From Felis catus (lineage: Eukaryota), in assembly GCF_018350175.1 (NCBI RefSeq), contig NC_058368.1:7316001-7380000 (forward strand): a DNA stretch of 64,000 nucleotides. Reading direction: 5' to 3'. Shown one piece after another: positions 62,158 through 64,000 of this stretch. The notes beneath the pieces are model-generated. The model had not been told where the DNA came from. It worked only from the letters and a program-made list of their open reading frames with translations, and did no database searches. The position numbers were made by a program, and so were the translations under genes. Numbering within the stretch: the stretch's first letter is position 1; each line of letters opens with the position of its first letter.

Positions 62158-63389
62158 GAAAAGAGTAGAAGAGCCATCCATCCATTTCTTTATAGGAAGG
62201 CGGCCCGACGCAACTCACCTGTTGCTAACACTTATGGAATACCACAATTCTGATGATATTTCCCCCCAGTGAATTCTGTCAACACAATTGGGCCAGGACG
62301 TGAGATGTGGTTGAGGAGGCGCGGAGCTCACGGAAATGAGATGCCCCCAGGAAGACGGAGCTGAACGAATACTTTGGGGCTCTGTGTCGAACCGAGAAGG
62401 ACGCAAAAGGCCCAGTGAGTGCACACAGGGGGAGAAATCTCAACACTTCCAGAGCGGAGTTCTCGAGAGTCAGAGGAAACTATCTCGGTGCCCAGAAAGC
62501 TCGCTCCTAATTGTTGGTCCTATGACAGTATAATAACACAGCACCGTTGTTGAAGCAGATCCTGTTACCCTCAACTTCTAGATGTGGAAGTGGAGCCTCA
62601 GAGGTCAGGTAGCTTTCTACGGTCACGTAGCAAATAGCCGCAGAGAAGCAGACCTGTGGAATGACAAAGCCCACACTCTGAGGGACACTTGGGGTAAGCC
62701 CCTTCCAATCACCCGTCTTGTGAATCTGTGAATGTGACTGAGAATGTGGCACAGAAGGACACATTAAATTAAGTATCGGTGAGCCCTCATTAGGGGTTAT
62801 GGTTGTCGGATAAGAGATATTTTCCCGAGGCTAGCTTTTAAAATAGAATAAAAATGCATCTCTTGGGAAAGATGTCAATAGTAGAAGTCATGAAGGTAGG
62901 CCAAGAAAGCGAACTGTTAATCCTATGCTCACCCTTGCAGAAATCGTACCCAGGCATCACGCTGTCCCCACAATATGTTTCCTACCACTGGACACAGGGT
63001 ACTAAGATGAGCCAGGAGGGGCGTGATCAGGGCCACCACCCTGTGCCCCGACTCTGCCTATTCAGCTCTGCTTACCTGAGGACTGTGGTCTTTTCATCCC
63101 CTCTTAGGACAAAACCGGTATTGATATTTAACATCTCTGGAACGTTCCTGCCTTTCTTTACATTTTTTTCCACAGGTCCTATTTTTTCCTGGAACGATTT
63201 TGAGTTTTTCAGAGACGGGGCAACTGGGACTTTGGGTCTTAATTTATGGCCCTCCGTGGGAGGCATACGACCTTGTGTTCAAAAGGCAGTTTCTTCTCTT
63301 CCCACAGCTGAATTAAAACACGGAGGGCATCTCTGGATCTGTTAGCATCCTTCTTTATTAATCATTAATTCAAAAAACTCAGGCCTAAG

Positions 63390-63860
63390 ACTCTCTCCTC
63401 CTCAGTTCCAGAGGGGCCGGGCCACTGCCCTTGTCTGCCCAAAAGCAACACCACCCCAGGGGCCTGGAGGACAGATCATGGAACCAAGGAAGATAGTTCT
63501 TGAGCCTTAAAATCTAATGGGCTTTGCCCTGCTAAGTTCTGGACTTAGTTGGGACTCATGACCTATTTCTTCTTGCTGATTTTTCCCATTTAGAACAGAA
63601 ATGTCTCTCTTATGCCTGTCCCCCATTGTATTTTGGAAGCACGTAATTTATTGTCTGGTTCCACGGGTTCACGGAGAAAGAGGAATTTTACCCCAGGATG
63701 AATTGTGTCTGGATTCTCACCCACAGAATGAGATTCAGATGAGATTCATGGACTTAGAGCTGTTAATGCTAGAATGGGCTGACTTTTTGGGTTATCAGGA
63801 TGGGGTGGATGTATGTTGCATGTGAGAAAGACATGAGTTTTGAGGGGCTGGAGAGTGGAG
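63390..63860 (+). mobile_element. MaLR internal 3' end with polypurine tract
   Basis: gccttaaaatctaatgg...gcatgtgagaaagacatgagttttgagggg motifs directly abut the LTR. Confidence 0.8.
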
Positions 63861-64000
63861 TGTTATGGGCTGCATTGGGCCCCCCCCCAAAAAAATTCAT
63901 AAGTTGACGTCTTAACCCCCAATACCTCAGGATGTGCATGTATTGGGGATATAAGATGTTTTAAAAGATGATTTTGTTAAAATGAGACCATTAGGGTGGG
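63861..64000 (+). mobile_element. MaLR LTR (MLT1A/B-like) 5' part, runs off the window
   Basis: tgttatgggctg...aaattcata.gttga.gtc.taacccccaatacctcag start. Confidence 0.85.

Noticed and set aside
4453..62177. Many recurring ORFs such as WVAQSVKRPTSAQVMIS and FERQRERE
   Set aside because: These are translations of CAN SINEs in various frames, not a protein family.
62854..63345. 163-aa + strand ORF
   Set aside because: No recognisable homology or promoter context; consistent with chance.
1..64000. CRISPR arrays, operons, tRNA/rRNA genes or a prokaryote-type novel system
   Set aside because: The sequence is mammalian. There is no regularly spaced repeat-spacer array, and the tRNA-like A/B boxes all belong to SINE heads.

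Overview
Felid (cat-like) genomic DNA, judged from abundant tRNA-derived CAN/SINEC SINEs of the feline type and carnivore L1 3' ends. The only coding content I can support is the 3' half of POLR1D on the + strand. It comprises a 75-nt internal exon (1301-1375) and the terminal coding exon (19950-20244) of the long spliced 'isoform 2' product, separated by an ~18.6 kb intron and followed by a 3' UTR with AATAAA signals to ~21.7 kb. The first exon and the RPAC2/AC19 polymerase-subunit exon lie upstream of the window. The remaining ~42 kb is intergenic; by recalled human synteny it runs toward GSX1. It holds a dense block of old L1/ERVL sequence with young SINEs (26-44 kb), then repeat-poorer stretches with candidate conserved non-coding elements. 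Almost all ORFs in the supplied track are repeat-derived or chance. I see no convincing new multi-gene system. The most interesting signals are: localized AT-to-GC shifted tracts, one overlapping and apparently remodelling the POLR1D isoform-2 C-terminus; several unusual retrotransposition structures (triple target-site duplication, inverted nested SINE, 145-bp duplication, a 43-bp L1 micro-insertion, a possible orphan retrocopy fragment); and two unexplained dispersed direct repeats. Repeat family names are from recall of consensus sequences, and repeat boundaries are approximate.
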